A stretch of DNA of 64,000 nucleotides from Rhodobacterales bacterium 56_14_T64 (GTDB lineage: Bacteria > Pseudomonadota > Alphaproteobacteria > Rhodobacterales > Rhodobacteraceae), in the NCBI GenBank assembly GCA_002162795.1, contig MAAY01000082.1, positions 15,480 to 79,479 on the forward strand. The letters run 5' to 3'. Within the stretch, counting starts at the first letter, position 1; each line of letters starts with the position of its first letter. A program made the translations under genes and the position numbers. The notes beneath the pieces were generated by a model that had not been told where the DNA came from, made no database searches, and was given only the letters and a program-made list of their open reading frames with translations. Below are positions 1 to 9,270 of this stretch, piece after piece.

Positions 1-357
1 CGGATCCTGCCCCGGCTGGTTCAGCACCCAATGCGGAGGTTTGGCGGTGTGATCCAGCGCCAGCTGGGTCAGCTCGGACACTGCCACCGCGCCACCGGTT
101 AGTGGGCCGAAATAGGCGATCTGCCCCTCGTCCACCTGCACCACGCCTGGACCGCCAACACCAAGGCGGAACCGCATCCGTTGCGCGCCAACAACCGCAA
201 GCGCCGTGCCGATGATCAACAGCACCCAGCCGCCCCAGAACAACAGGCCAATGGCCCCCAGCACCCAGCGCAGGCCCATCAACAGAACCACTGCGGCGAC
301 AATGATTTCACGCCAACGCCAAATGGCGGCTTGGGCTTCGGGTCTTATAAAACTCAT
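1..357 (-). CDS. hypothetical membrane protein, C-terminus cut by window edge
   Basis: Absent from the ORF track because it runs off the edge. ATG at 357-355 opens an uninterrupted 119-codon frame to position 1 (MSFIRPEAQAAIWRWREIIVAAVVLLMGLRWVLGAIGLLFWGGWVLLIIGTALAVV...) with two hydrophobic helices. Co-directional with rsmE. Confidence 0.45.
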   Translation of the reverse strand, partial: MSFIRPEAQAAIWRWREIIVAAVVLLMGLRWVLGAIGLLFWGGWVLLIIGTALAVVGAQRMRFRLGVGGPGVVQVDEGQIAYFGPLTGGAVAVSELTQLALDHTAKPPHWVLNQPGQDP

Positions 358-543
358 GACGGTTCCCCAAATCTGCTAGGCTGCAAGGGCCTTACGGCTT
401 CAGAAGTAATGCTTGTCAGGGATATTTGGGAACCAATTCGTTTTGGACAAGCCCCAAGACAGCCTTTTCCGCTCCGATCGTGCGCGGATTGAACCGCGCC
501 CGCTCTTCGCACGACAGGGAGAGCATCCTGCAACGGGTAAATA

Positions 544-1269
544 TCACCAGTCCCCAAGCGCCTGTTGCCACAGGGTCATCGCAGCCACCGCCGCCGTATC
601 CGCCCGCAGGATGCGGGGCCCAAGGCTGACGACGTGGGAATAGGGTAATGCATGCAGACGCTCACGCTCAGCTTCGGAAAAGCCTCCCTCGGGGCCGATC
701 AGGATGGCCCAGGGAGCGTCTGACTTTTGCGCAGCAGCCAAAGCCAGTGCATTGCCCACTTCGGCCTCGTCACAGAACATCAACTGGCGGCCCTCGGGCC
801 AGTGATCCAACAGACGCGAGAGCTTTTGCAGATCTGCGACTTCCGGCACATAGGTGCCACCGCATTGCTCGGCGGCTTCGACCGCGTGGGCCTGCAGCCG
901 GTCTTGGCGGATGCGGTCGGAATTGGTGAAGACGGTTTGAACCGGAACAATTCGCGCGGCGCCCATCTCGGCGGCCTTTTCGACGATGAAATCGGTGCGG
1001 GCCTTTTTGATCGGGGCAAATACCAGCCACAGGTCGGGTGGCATTTGCAACGGCTTGGTCTGCGCGGTGCAGGTCAGCACCCCGGCGCGTTTGCCGGCCT
1101 GTGCGATATCGGCCAGCCATTCGCCATCGCGGCCGTTGAACAGCTTCACTTGTCCACCAACAGCCATCCGCATTACCGCAAACAGGTAATTGGCCTGCCC
1201 CCGGTCCAGAGGAACCGATTGCCCTAACCCCAACGGGTGCTCTACATACAGTCTGATCTTTGCGCTCAT
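544..1269 (-). CDS. rsmE: 16S rRNA (uracil1498-N3)-methyltransferase
   Basis: 241-aa ORF with RsmE/SPOUT family features, including the C-terminal 'ILIGPEGGFSEAERE' knot motif. ATG at 1269. Confidence 0.88.
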   Translation of the reverse strand: MSAKIRLYVEHPLGLGQSVPLDRGQANYLFAVMRMAVGGQVKLFNGRDGEWLADIAQAGKRAGVLTCTAQTKPLQMPPDLWLVFAPIKKARTDFIVEKAAEMGAARIVPVQTVFTNSDRIRQDRLQAHAVEAAEQCGGTYVPEVADLQKLSRLLDHWPEGRQLMFCDEAEVGNALALAAAQKSDAPWAILIGPEGGFSEAERERLHALPYSHVVSLGPRILRADTAAVAAMTLWQQALGDW

Positions 1270-1281
1270 GAGGCCCTACAT

Positions 1282-2259
1282 ATGCAAGGCGACGCCCCTA
1301 CACCAGATGCTCCGAACCCCGAGGGACAAGTTTCGGATGCAGTTAGCAATAACTGGGTGGATACCCGCGCACCTGCCTGGAGCCGCCCCTATCTGCGGCT
1401 GTCGCGCGCCGACCGCCCGATTGGGACATGGTTGCTGCTGATCCCCTGCTGGTGGGGCTTGGCGCTGGCGATGTTGTGGGATCAGTCGCCACAATGGCAG
1501 GACGCCTGGATCTTTGTGGCGTGTGCAGCGGGCGCCTGGTTGATGCGCGGAGCGGGATGCACCTGGAATGATATCAGTGACCGCGATTTTGACGGTCGGG
1601 TCGAACGGACCCGGTCGCGGCCGATCCCGTCAGGGCAAGTCACAGTAAAAGGTGCAGTGATATGGATGGGGCTGCAGATTGCCCTTTCGGCGATGATCCT
1701 GTTCACGTTTAATCAAGCCGCCATTGCCATGGGCATACTGGCGTTGTTTCCGGTGGCGATCTATCCCTTTGCCAAGCGGTTCACCTGGTGGCCACAGGTA
1801 TTTCTGGGGTTGGCGTTCAACTGGGGGGCCATGCTGGCCTGGGTCGCCCACACTGGCACCCTGAATTGGTCGGCGGTGTATCTCTATCTGGCCGGCATCT
1901 CCTGGACGCTGTTCTACGACACCATCTATGCCCATCAAGACACCGAAGACGACGCCTTGATCGGGGTAAAATCCACTGCCCGGCTGTTTGGCAGCGACAC
2001 CCCCGCCTGGCTGCGTCGGTTTCTAGTCGCAACTACCTGCCTGATGACGCTGGCGGTTCTCAGCGCGGTGATGTCGAATGGGTCGATCCTCGCCTTGTTC
2101 CTGGCCTTGGTTGCGCCCTGGGCGATGGGCTGGCATCTGGCTTGGCAATTGCGCGCGCTGGACACTGAAAACAACGAGCGATTGCTGCAATTGTTCCGGC
2201 TCAACCGGGACACCGGCTTGATCCCGCTGATCTTCTTTGCCGCAGCCCTGTTCGCATGA
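1282..2259 (+). CDS. ubiA: 4-hydroxybenzoate polyprenyltransferase
   Basis: Polytopic membrane ORF with the UbiA prenyltransferase motif 'WNDISDRDFDGRVERTRSRPIPSG'. ATG 1282 chosen because the track start at 1237 would overlap divergent rsmE. Confidence 0.88.
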   Translation: MQGDAPTPDAPNPEGQVSDAVSNNWVDTRAPAWSRPYLRLSRADRPIGTWLLLIPCWWGLALAMLWDQSPQWQDAWIFVACAAGAWLMRGAGCTWNDISDRDFDGRVERTRSRPIPSGQVTVKGAVIWMGLQIALSAMILFTFNQAAIAMGILALFPVAIYPFAKRFTWWPQVFLGLAFNWGAMLAWVAHTGTLNWSAVYLYLAGISWTLFYDTIYAHQDTEDDALIGVKSTARLFGSDTPAWLRRFLVATTCLMTLAVLSAVMSNGSILALFLALVAPWAMGWHLAWQLRALDTENNERLLQLFRLNRDTGLIPLIFFAAALFA

Positions 2260-2322
2260 TTGATCCGCCGCGCAACAATCGGTAAGAAGACAAAACACCA
2301 ATTCGGACGATATTGCCTGCCT

Positions 2323-4290
2323 ATGCGCCTTTCTTCACTATTGATCGTCAGCCTGACTTTTCTGGCAGCCGCAGGTCTTAGCCTGGTGGCGGCTGGATAT
2401 GCCGTCACAGGCATGGAACATAGCACTGAAATCGCGGCGCGCCGCACGCTAGACAAAACCGGTCATGACTGGGCCGAGGTCACTGCGGACGGGTTGCAGG
2501 TGATCATGAACGGCACCGCCCCAGACGAGGCCTCCCGGTTCACCGCCATCTCGGTTGTCGGGGGCACCGTTGATGCCGCCCGGATCATCGACCAGATGCA
2601 GGTCACCCCCACCGCCGATCTGTCAGCGCCGAGATTTTCAGTGGAAATCCTGCGCAACGAGAGTGGCATTTCAATCATCGGGTTGATCCCAACCGGCGCA
2701 GGTCGGGCCGCCATCGTCGAGCAACTGTCCCGGCTGGTGGGCGAAGATCACGTCGCCGACCTGCTGGAAACCGCGCGCTATGACGCACCGATCGGCTGGG
2801 TTGACGCCATGGGTTTTGCCGTCAGTGCCCTGCGCCATCTGCCCCGCGCCAAAATCTCGGTGGTGGCCGGACAGGTCACCATCACTGCGATCACTGACAG
2901 CGCCGAGGAAAAACAGGCGCTGGAGAAAACGCTGAGCCGCGCCGCACCTCCTGGCCTGCGACTGGCGATGGATATTGCCGCACCGCGTCCGGTGATCACG
3001 CCATTCACCCTGCGCTACCACATCGACCAAGATGGCGGCCGCTTTGACGCCTGTTCAGCCGAATCCGAGATCAGCCGCAATCGCATTCTGGCCGCCGCCC
3101 GCAAGGTCGGTCTGGCCCTGCCCTCTACTTGTGTGATCGGCATGGGTGTGCCCTCGCCGAACTGGGCCCGCGCCGCTGAGTTGAGCATCGCCAGCCTCGG
3201 CCATCTAGGGGCCGGATCAGTCACCATCGCCAATGCAGATATCACCCTGGTGGCAAGCGTGGACACCAGCCCCGAGCTGTTCGACCAGGTGGTGGGTGAG
3301 TTGGAAAGTGCGTTGCCCACGGTCTTTGCCCTGCACGCAGTACTGCCAGAACCAGAAACCGATGCAGGAGAAGGCGGTGTGCCAGAGTTCACGGCCACCC
3401 TCAGCCCCGAAGGAATGGTTCAGCTGCGTGGCCGTCTTAGCGATGAAACCCTGCGCCACCTGACTGACGCCTATGCCAAGGCGCGGTTTGGCTCGGACAA
3501 TGTCCATACCGCCACCCGGGTGGTTGACGACCTGCCCGCCAGCTGGCCAGTGCGAGTGCTGACTGGGCTAGAGGCGTTGTCACAGCTGCAACGCGGCGCA
3601 CTCTCGGTAACGCCAGACCATGTTGATCTGCGCGGCATGAGCCACTTTGAGGATGCCACGGCCGAGATCTCCAAATTATTATCTGCCAAGCTGGGCGAGG
3701 CCGAAAGCTATGGCCTGGACATTCGCTATGAGGAGCCGCCAGAGCCAGAGGACCAGCCAATGGAGCCGGCACTCTGCGAAGCGGAGCTCGCCAAAATTCA
3801 AGAGTTGGGCAAGATTGCCTTTGAGCCCGGATCGGCCACTATTGCGGCACAAAGTCGGGGCACCATGGATGCGATTGCGGTGATCCTGGAACAATGCGGT
3901 GAAGTCCGTCTGGAGATCCAAGGGCACACCGACAGTCAGGGTCGTGAAGAAATGAACCAAAATCTCAGCCAGGCACGGGCCCAATCGGTTCTTAATGAGT
4001 TGCGTGCGCGCAGGGTGATTACCACAAGCTTTGCTGCCCAGGGCTACGGCGAGAGCAACCCGATTGCCGATAACGGCACCGACGAAGGTCGTGAACAAAA
4101 CCGCCGCATCACCTTTCACCTGATCCGCCCCGAACAGGCGCCTGAGCAGGAAAGCACGTTGGATAGCGCTGCTGCCGAAGACGGCGAGACCATCACCCCC
4201 GACAGCTCGCCCGCGGCGCCAGACGAAACAGTGGACACCGTGCCCGAAGCCACACCAGACGCCACCGAACAGGAGACCCCCGAGCAATGA
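2323..4290 (+). CDS. OmpA-family peptidoglycan-associated protein, N-terminal membrane anchor, acidic Pro/Thr/Glu-rich tail
   Basis: C-terminal OmpA-like domain ('EIQGHTDSQGREEMNQNLSQARAQSV...NRRITFHL'). Hydrophobic N-terminus 'MRLSSLLIVSLTFLAAAGLSLVAAG' begins at ATG 2323. Confidence 0.82.
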   Translation: MRLSSLLIVSLTFLAAAGLSLVAAGYAVTGMEHSTEIAARRTLDKTGHDWAEVTADGLQVIMNGTAPDEASRFTAISVVGGTVDAARIIDQMQVTPTADLSAPRFSVEILRNESGISIIGLIPTGAGRAAIVEQLSRLVGEDHVADLLETARYDAPIGWVDAMGFAVSALRHLPRAKISVVAGQVTITAITDSAEEKQALEKTLSRAAPPGLRLAMDIAAPRPVITPFTLRYHIDQDGGRFDACSAESEISRNRILAAARKVGLALPSTCVIGMGVPSPNWARAAELSIASLGHLGAGSVTIANADITLVASVDTSPELFDQVVGELESALPTVFALHAVLPEPETDAGEGGVPEFTATLSPEGMVQLRGRLSDETLRHLTDAYAKARFGSDNVHTATRVVDDLPASWPVRVLTGLEALSQLQRGALSVTPDHVDLRGMSHFEDATAEISKLLSAKLGEAESYGLDIRYEEPPEPEDQPMEPALCEAELAKIQELGKIAFEPGSATIAAQSRGTMDAIAVILEQCGEVRLEIQGHTDSQGREEMNQNLSQARAQSVLNELRARRVITTSFAAQGYGESNPIADNGTDEGREQNRRITFHLIRPEQAPEQESTLDSAAAEDGETITPDSSPAAPDETVDTVPEATPDATEQETPEQ

Positions 4291-4601
4291 ACAGAAGCGA
4301 GTTCATCATCACCACTGCCATCATCCTGTTTGCCGCCTTTGTGATGGGCTGGTTTGCCAACTGGCTGGTGCATCGGTTCACTCGGGTGCGGCAAAGCGAT
4401 GTGGCGGATCTCGATCGGATGAGCCAGGAGCTGCACGAGGCGGAAGAGACCCGAGACCAGGCCATCACCTATTTGCAGCAACGCGAGGCCGAGTTGAGCA
4501 ACCAGCTGGCCCAGACCGAAGCCGAATTGCGCGCTACCATGGACGGCTTGCGTGCCGCCCGGCAAGAGTGTGAAGAGTTGCGGATGCAAATACCAAGCTG
4601 A
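4287..4601 (+). CDS. hypothetical membrane-anchored coiled-coil protein
   Basis: 104 aa. ATGA overlap with the upstream OmpA-family stop (translational coupling). One N-terminal TM helix followed by heptad-like E/Q/L/R-rich sequence. Confidence 0.6.
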   Translation: MNRSEFIITTAIILFAAFVMGWFANWLVHRFTRVRQSDVADLDRMSQELHEAEETRDQAITYLQQREAELSNQLAQTEAELRATMDGLRAARQECEELRMQIPS

Positions 4602-4611
4602 CACGAGGCGT

Positions 4612-4636
4612 GGTGCGTGCAAGCACGCACCCTACA
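4612..4636 (-). repeat. REP unit (single copy)
   Basis: GGTGCGTGC-AA-GCACGCACC perfect 9-bp palindrome followed by CTACA (GTAG on the minus strand), 10 nt after the stop at 4601. Same unit as at 31.7, 34.1, 34.6, 46.8 and 59.1 kb. Confidence 0.85.
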
Positions 4637-4705
4637 CTCGATCAGCGGTCGCGTGTGTCGCGCCAAAGATCTCAGTCAATCGACACTCGTTCGAAAACAG
4701 ACACC

Positions 4706-4771
4706 GCGCGGCCGCAGGCCGCGCCGGGCCCAACGGGAGAAGATCATTTATGATCGTACGACGGGCGGGAG
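4706..4771 (-). repeat. CTCCCGCCCGTC-family module, copy A (post-stop four-part element)
   Basis: Read on the minus strand directly after the moaE TAG: CTCCCGCCCGTC (4771-4760), hairpin GATCA/TGATC (4742-4755), CTCCCGTTGGGC (4739-4728), GC hairpin GCGCGGCC-GCA-GGCCGCGC (4706-4724). Same architecture as 11571-11642. Confidence 0.6.
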
Positions 4772-4773
4772 AC

Positions 4774-5220
4774 CTACCAGCGGGTTAGCGCGTCCTCATC
4801 CTCGTCCCTGGCTGCGACCCAACCGGCACCACCGTCGTTCAGGATTTCTTTTTTCCAGAACGGGGCTCGGGATTTGAGGTAATCCATCAGATACTCAGCC
4901 GCCACAAACGCATCTTTGCGATGGCGCGCGGCGGTGGCGACCATCATGATCTGCTCGCCCGGTGCCAAGCGACCATAGCGATGAATGACCAGCGCATCAG
5001 CCAATGACCAGCGTTCCATTGCTGTCTGCGCGATTTCATTCAGGGCTTTGAGGGTCATGCCCGGGTAGTGTTCGATCTCCATCGCCACCAATCCGCCCTG
5101 AGGTGCGTCCCGCACGATGCCGGTGAAGGTCACAATGGCGCCTGCGCTATTGTTGGCTTGTGCGAAACCCTCGGCCTCGGCGCCCAAGTGAAAAGCCTCT
5201 ACCTGTACCGACACCCGCAT
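4774..5220 (-). CDS. moaE: molybdopterin synthase catalytic subunit
   Basis: 148-aa ORF of the MoaE family ('VTFTGIVRD...IEHYPGM...'), immediately downstream of moaD. Confidence 0.88.
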   Translation of the reverse strand: MRVSVQVEAFHLGAEAEGFAQANNSAGAIVTFTGIVRDAPQGGLVAMEIEHYPGMTLKALNEIAQTAMERWSLADALVIHRYGRLAPGEQIMMVATAARHRKDAFVAAEYLMDYLKSRAPFWKKEILNDGGAGWVAARDEDEDALTRW

Positions 5221-5224
5221 AGGA

Positions 5225-5470
5225 TCAGCCCCCGGTCATCGGGGGAAAGAAGGCGACTTCGCGCACGCCTTGCAGCGGGGCATCGAAATCGCTCAGTTCT
5301 TGATCTAGCGCCACCCGAATAGCCGAGAGGTCGGCAAAGGCGGCAGCGTAGCGGTCTTCGCGGGAGCAGAGCTCAGCCACCAGGTCGGCAACAGTGATGG
5401 CGCGGGTCTCAACACGTTCACGCGGCAGACCGATGCGTTCGCGCACCCAAGCAAAGTAGAGAACTTCCAT
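5225..5470 (-). CDS. moaD: molybdopterin synthase sulfur-carrier subunit
   Basis: 81 aa, ThiS/MoaD-like, ending in the diagnostic C-terminal Gly-Gly ('FFPPMTGG'). Its start overlaps the pgsA stop (TAATG). Confidence 0.85.
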   Translation of the reverse strand: MEVLYFAWVRERIGLPRERVETRAITVADLVAELCSREDRYAAAFADLSAIRVALDQELSDFDAPLQGVREVAFFPPMTGG

Positions 5471-6135
5471 TACGCATTTTCCTTCAGGAAAGGCAGCGCC
5501 TTACGCAGATAATCAGCGCCAGTAATCAGGGTCAACGCCGCCGCGAGCCACAACAGCCATAATCCAAGTCGGCCGGACCAGATCATCGCCTCGAACTTCC
5601 AACGGATACCCTGCAGGTCTTCGACCTCGCCCAACATGATCTGATCGACAAAGGGCTGATCCATGCCCCAGGTGGCCATACCAAGGTAGTGCTCAAAAAT
5701 GCCTTGGGCAAACAGCACCGCAATCGCGACCATCTGGGCGGTGGTTTTCCATTTGGCCAGATTGGTGACTTTCAGCGTGCCGGCCGTGTCACCCAGAAAT
5801 TCACGCAGGCCCGAGACGAACACTTCACGAAACAGGATGAAGGTGGCAGGCAGCACCAGCCAGGGTGACATCGAGGAATAGCCAACGATCACCATCAGGG
5901 CGATCACCACCATCGCTTTGTCAGCAATCGGATCCAGCATGGCGCCCAGTTTGGTTTCCTGTTTCCAGGCCCGCGCAAGATAGCCATCAACCCAGTCGGT
6001 CAGCGCCGCGATGACAAACAGCGCCAGCGCAAACCAATCCGCATAGGGACGGCTGAAATAGAGAAACATCACTGCGAGACCAGGGGCTGCCACTAGGCGA
6101 AGCAGGGTCAAAATATTAGGTAAAGTCCATATCAT
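5470..6135 (-). CDS. pgsA: CDP-diacylglycerol--glycerol-3-phosphate 3-phosphatidyltransferase
   Basis: CDP-alcohol phosphatidyltransferase motif 'TDWVDGYLARAWKQETKLGAMLDPIADK'. Start set at ATG 6135 (MIWTLPNILTLLR...). Conserved uvrC-pgsA synteny. Confidence 0.88.
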   Translation of the reverse strand: MIWTLPNILTLLRLVAAPGLAVMFLYFSRPYADWFALALFVIAALTDWVDGYLARAWKQETKLGAMLDPIADKAMVVIALMVIVGYSSMSPWLVLPATFILFREVFVSGLREFLGDTAGTLKVTNLAKWKTTAQMVAIAVLFAQGIFEHYLGMATWGMDQPFVDQIMLGEVEDLQGIRWKFEAMIWSGRLGLWLLWLAAALTLITGADYLRKALPFLKENA

Positions 6136-6274
6136 AGCGCCGACCTTAACTTGCTGACGCTCGGGTGGAAAGCCGATGCTGGCAAATTCTGCCCATAGTG
6201 GGCAGATGCCTTCGGCCAGGGCATTGCTGGCCAGATGCACCGGGGGTCAACCCGGGATTTCAAGGTGTTGGTCA

Positions 6275-8146
6275 TCACTTATCCTGAAAGAAGTCGTATA
6301 TTCGTTGCGCCAGCGCAACCGAGACCCCATCGACCACTTTGAGGTCCGCCAGATTGGCACGAGTCACCGCTTTGGCGCTGCCAAAATGGGCCAGAAGTGC
6401 GCGTTTTCGGCTAGCGCCAACACCCGGGATTTCGTCCAGCGGAGTGGCACCAATGGCCTTGGCGCGTTTGGCGCGGTGGGTGCCAATGGCAAAGCGGTGC
6501 ACCTCGTCGCGCATGCGTTGGACGAAGTACAGCACAGGGTCGTTGCGCTGCAGGGCAAAGGGGCGCTTTCCGGTGCGGTGGAACTCTTCCTTGCCGTGGT
6601 CGCGGTCGACGCCCTTGGCCACGCCAACCATCGGTATATCGCCGACCCCATGTTCCTGCATGATCTGCTCGACAGCCGAGACCTGCCCGGCCCCACCGTC
6701 GATCAACAACAAATCCGGCCAATGCCCCTTGCTGCGGTCCGGGTCTTCCTTTTGCAGGCGCGAGAACCGGCGGTGCATGACTTCTTTCATCATGCCGAAA
6801 TCGTCGCCCGGAGTGATATCGTCACCCTTGATGTTGAACTTGCGATAGGCGTTTTTCATAAAGCCTTCGGGACCGGCCACGATCATGGCTCCAACGGCGT
6901 GAGCGCCCTGGATATGCGAGTTATCGTAGGCTTCGATGCGCTGCGGAGGGCCATCTAGATCAAAGGCCTCAGCCAGGCCGCGCAGCAGCTTGGCCTGGGT
7001 GGCACTTTCGGACATGCGACGGGCCAGAGATTCGCGGGCGTTGCGGATCGCACCTGAGATCAGCTCGGCCTTTTCGCCACGCTGCGGGACTATAATTTCG
7101 ACCCGATGAGTGGTCTTGCCGCTGAGCGCCTCGACCATCAGATCTTGGTTTTCTATGGCATCCGACAAGATCAAATGCCGGGGTGGTTCCTTGTTGTCGT
7201 AGAACTGACCGATAAAGGCCTCCATCACCTCGGCGGCGTTAATGTCAGCACCAACGCGGGGGTAGAAATCCTGATTGCCCCAGTTCTGATTGGCGCGGAT
7301 AAAGAACACCTGCACACAGGCCTGACCGCCTTCCATATGCAGCCCGATGATGTCTGCCTCGGCCACGCCGCGTGGGTTGATGCCCTGCGCGGTTTGTACC
7401 TGTGTCAGTGCCTTGATCCGGTCACGCAGCGCGGCGGCGCGTTCAAACTCCAAATCTTCCGAGGCTATCATCATCTGTGCAGCCAGTTCTTCCTGCACTT
7501 TGGTCGAGCGCCCCGACAAAAAGCGTTCCGCATCGTGCACGCTGGTGGCGTAATCCTCGCGGGTGATTGCGCCAGTGCAGGGCGCCGAGCAGCGTTTGAT
7601 CTGATGTTGCAGGCAAGGCCGCGTGCGGCCTTCGAACATCGAGTCCGAGCAGTTGCGCAACAGAAACGCCTTTTGCAACTGGTTCAGGGTTCGGTTCACC
7701 GCTCCGGCACTGGCAAAGGGGCCAAAATAGCTGCCCTTTTCCTTGCGCGCACCGCGGTGTTTCTTGATCTGTGGAAAATCGTGGGATTTGCCGAGAAGGA
7801 TATTGGGAAAGCTTTTATCATCGCGCAGCAGCACGTTGTACTTGGGCTTGAGGTGCTTGATCAGATTCTGTTCCAGCAACAGCGCCTCGGTCTCGGTGCG
7901 GGTGGTCAGGAACATCATCGAAGTGGTCAGCGCAATCATCCGCTCGATTCGCGGGCTATGGCCGGGGCGGCTGTAATTCGACACCCGATTGCGCAGATTG
8001 CGGGCCTTGCCCACATAGAGCACGCGGTTCTCGGCATCGAGCATTCGATACACACCCGGAGAGCCATCCAGCGTTTTGAGATAATGCTGCACAACGACAT
8101 AGCCGGTTGCGGGCTCGGAAGGTTTTTTGGGGGGCAATTCAGTCAT
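6275..8146 (-). CDS. uvrC: excinuclease ABC subunit C
   Basis: N-terminal GIY-YIG region '[28 protein letters not shown]', a UvrBC-interaction region and a C-terminal HhH region. ATG 8146 (MTELPPKK...) preferred over the track start. Confidence 0.93.
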   Translation of the reverse strand: MTELPPKKPSEPATGYVVVQHYLKTLDGSPGVYRMLDAENRVLYVGKARNLRNRVSNYSRPGHSPRIERMIALTTSMMFLTTRTETEALLLEQNLIKHLKPKYNVLLRDDKSFPNILLGKSHDFPQIKKHRGARKEKGSYFGPFASAGAVNRTLNQLQKAFLLRNCSDSMFEGRTRPCLQHQIKRCSAPCTGAITREDYATSVHDAERFLSGRSTKVQEELAAQMMIASEDLEFERAAALRDRIKALTQVQTAQGINPRGVAEADIIGLHMEGGQACVQVFFIRANQNWGNQDFYPRVGADINAAEVMEAFIGQFYDNKEPPRHLILSDAIENQDLMVEALSGKTTHRVEIIVPQRGEKAELISGAIRNARESLARRMSESATQAKLLRGLAEAFDLDGPPQRIEAYDNSHIQGAHAVGAMIVAGPEGFMKNAYRKFNIKGDDITPGDDFGMMKEVMHRRFSRLQKEDPDRSKGHWPDLLLIDGGAGQVSAVEQIMQEHGVGDIPMVGVAKGVDRDHGKEEFHRTGKRPFALQRNDPVLYFVQRMRDEVHRFAIGTHRAKRAKAIGATPLDEIPGVGASRKRALLAHFGSAKAVTRANLADLKVVDGVSVALAQRIYDFFQDK

Positions 8147-8224
8147 GTTACCAAAGATATGATTCCCTGCCGCTGGCTGCAACGTTCAAGCGTGCGGATC
8201 AAGCAATAACAAATCCACCGATCC

Positions 8225-8233
8225 TGTGGATAA
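8225..8233 (-). promoter_or_regulatory. consensus DnaA box (TTATCCACA on minus strand)
   Basis: The plus strand reads TGTGGATAA. It forms part of the palindrome ATCCAC(8213-8218)-N7-GTGGAT(8226-8231) at the edge of the AT-rich gap 8183-8459. Confidence 0.4.
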
Positions 8234-8459
8234 GTATGGAGATATCTTTTGTCTATCTGCCATTTTTCGTTGAAAAATAGAAGATTTTTGGATTTGCACA
8301 ATTTTTAGGCGCCACAATAACTCATTGATTTTACACGGTTAATTTTCCAGCACTTGTTAACTTCTTGAAAACAAATACAATTTTGCTACAATTTTATGAC
8401 GCTTTCCAGACCAGTGCACAACTTCTTGCAGATTGTGCGCTTGCGGCACAAAAACCCAG

Positions 8460-9236
8460 TTATTCGCGGCCCATGACATCCGGGGTCTGCCAGCCCAGAT
8501 GCTGACCTCCATCGACGCAAATCAGCTGTCCGGAGACCGCTGTCGCGTCGAGCAAATAACCCAGTGCTGCAGTAACATCCCCGGCGTTGGCACCGCGTTG
8601 CAACACGGTGCTGGCCCGTTGGTGTTGGAAATCGTCAAACGACTGACGCGGACCTGCCAGAGTAGGCCCTGGCCCAATGGCATTGACGCGCAGCTGAGGG
8701 GCCAGCGCTTGCGCCGCAGTCTGGGTCAGGGTCCACAGCGCCGATTTGGCAAGCGTGTAGCTAAAGAATTCTGGCGTCAGTTTGCGTACCCGCTGGTCGA
8801 TCATATTGACCACCAGCCCGGCGGCCAGCGGTTCGCCATTGGCATCCAGGGAAACCTCCAATCCCTGCGCCGCCATATTCTGGATCAGCACAAAAGGCGC
8901 CCGCAGGTTGCTGCCCATATGCCGGTCCCAACTGTCGCGACTGGCAGTAGTAACGGTGTCATACTCAAAGATCGAAGCGTTGTTCACCAGACAGGTGATC
9001 GGCCCGCCAAGTGCCTGTATGGCGGCTGGAAGCAGGCCCTCGGCTTCGTCCTCGACCAGCAGGTCTGCCCTGAGGGCAACGGCCTGACGGCCCAGCGCCT
9101 CGATCTCGGCGACAGTGCCCAAAGCCTCTTGCTCTGAACTGCTGTAGTGCACCGCCACATCATAGCCGCGCTCAGCCAGTTTCAGGGCCATGGCCCGGCC
9201 CAGACGCTTGCCAGCCCCGGTTACCAATGCGCGCAT
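8460..9236 (-). CDS. SDR-family oxidoreductase
   Basis: 258 aa with the Rossmann motif 'ALVTGAGKRLGRAMA' and short-chain dehydrogenase layout. Confidence 0.85.
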   Translation of the reverse strand: MRALVTGAGKRLGRAMALKLAERGYDVAVHYSSSEQEALGTVAEIEALGRQAVALRADLLVEDEAEGLLPAAIQALGGPITCLVNNASIFEYDTVTTASRDSWDRHMGSNLRAPFVLIQNMAAQGLEVSLDANGEPLAAGLVVNMIDQRVRKLTPEFFSYTLAKSALWTLTQTAAQALAPQLRVNAIGPGPTLAGPRQSFDDFQHQRASTVLQRGANAGDVTAALGYLLDATAVSGQLICVDGGQHLGWQTPDVMGRE

Positions 9237-9270
9237 GATCCGTCCTTTTCTGACTGCTGCGGCCCTTGGC

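Noticed and set aside
7106-8209. 367-aa plus-strand ORF
   Set aside because: It is entirely antisense to uvrC, whose identity is unambiguous. Long antisense ORFs are expected in GC-rich DNA, and the product is low-complexity (R/A/G/L-rich) with no recognisable motifs.
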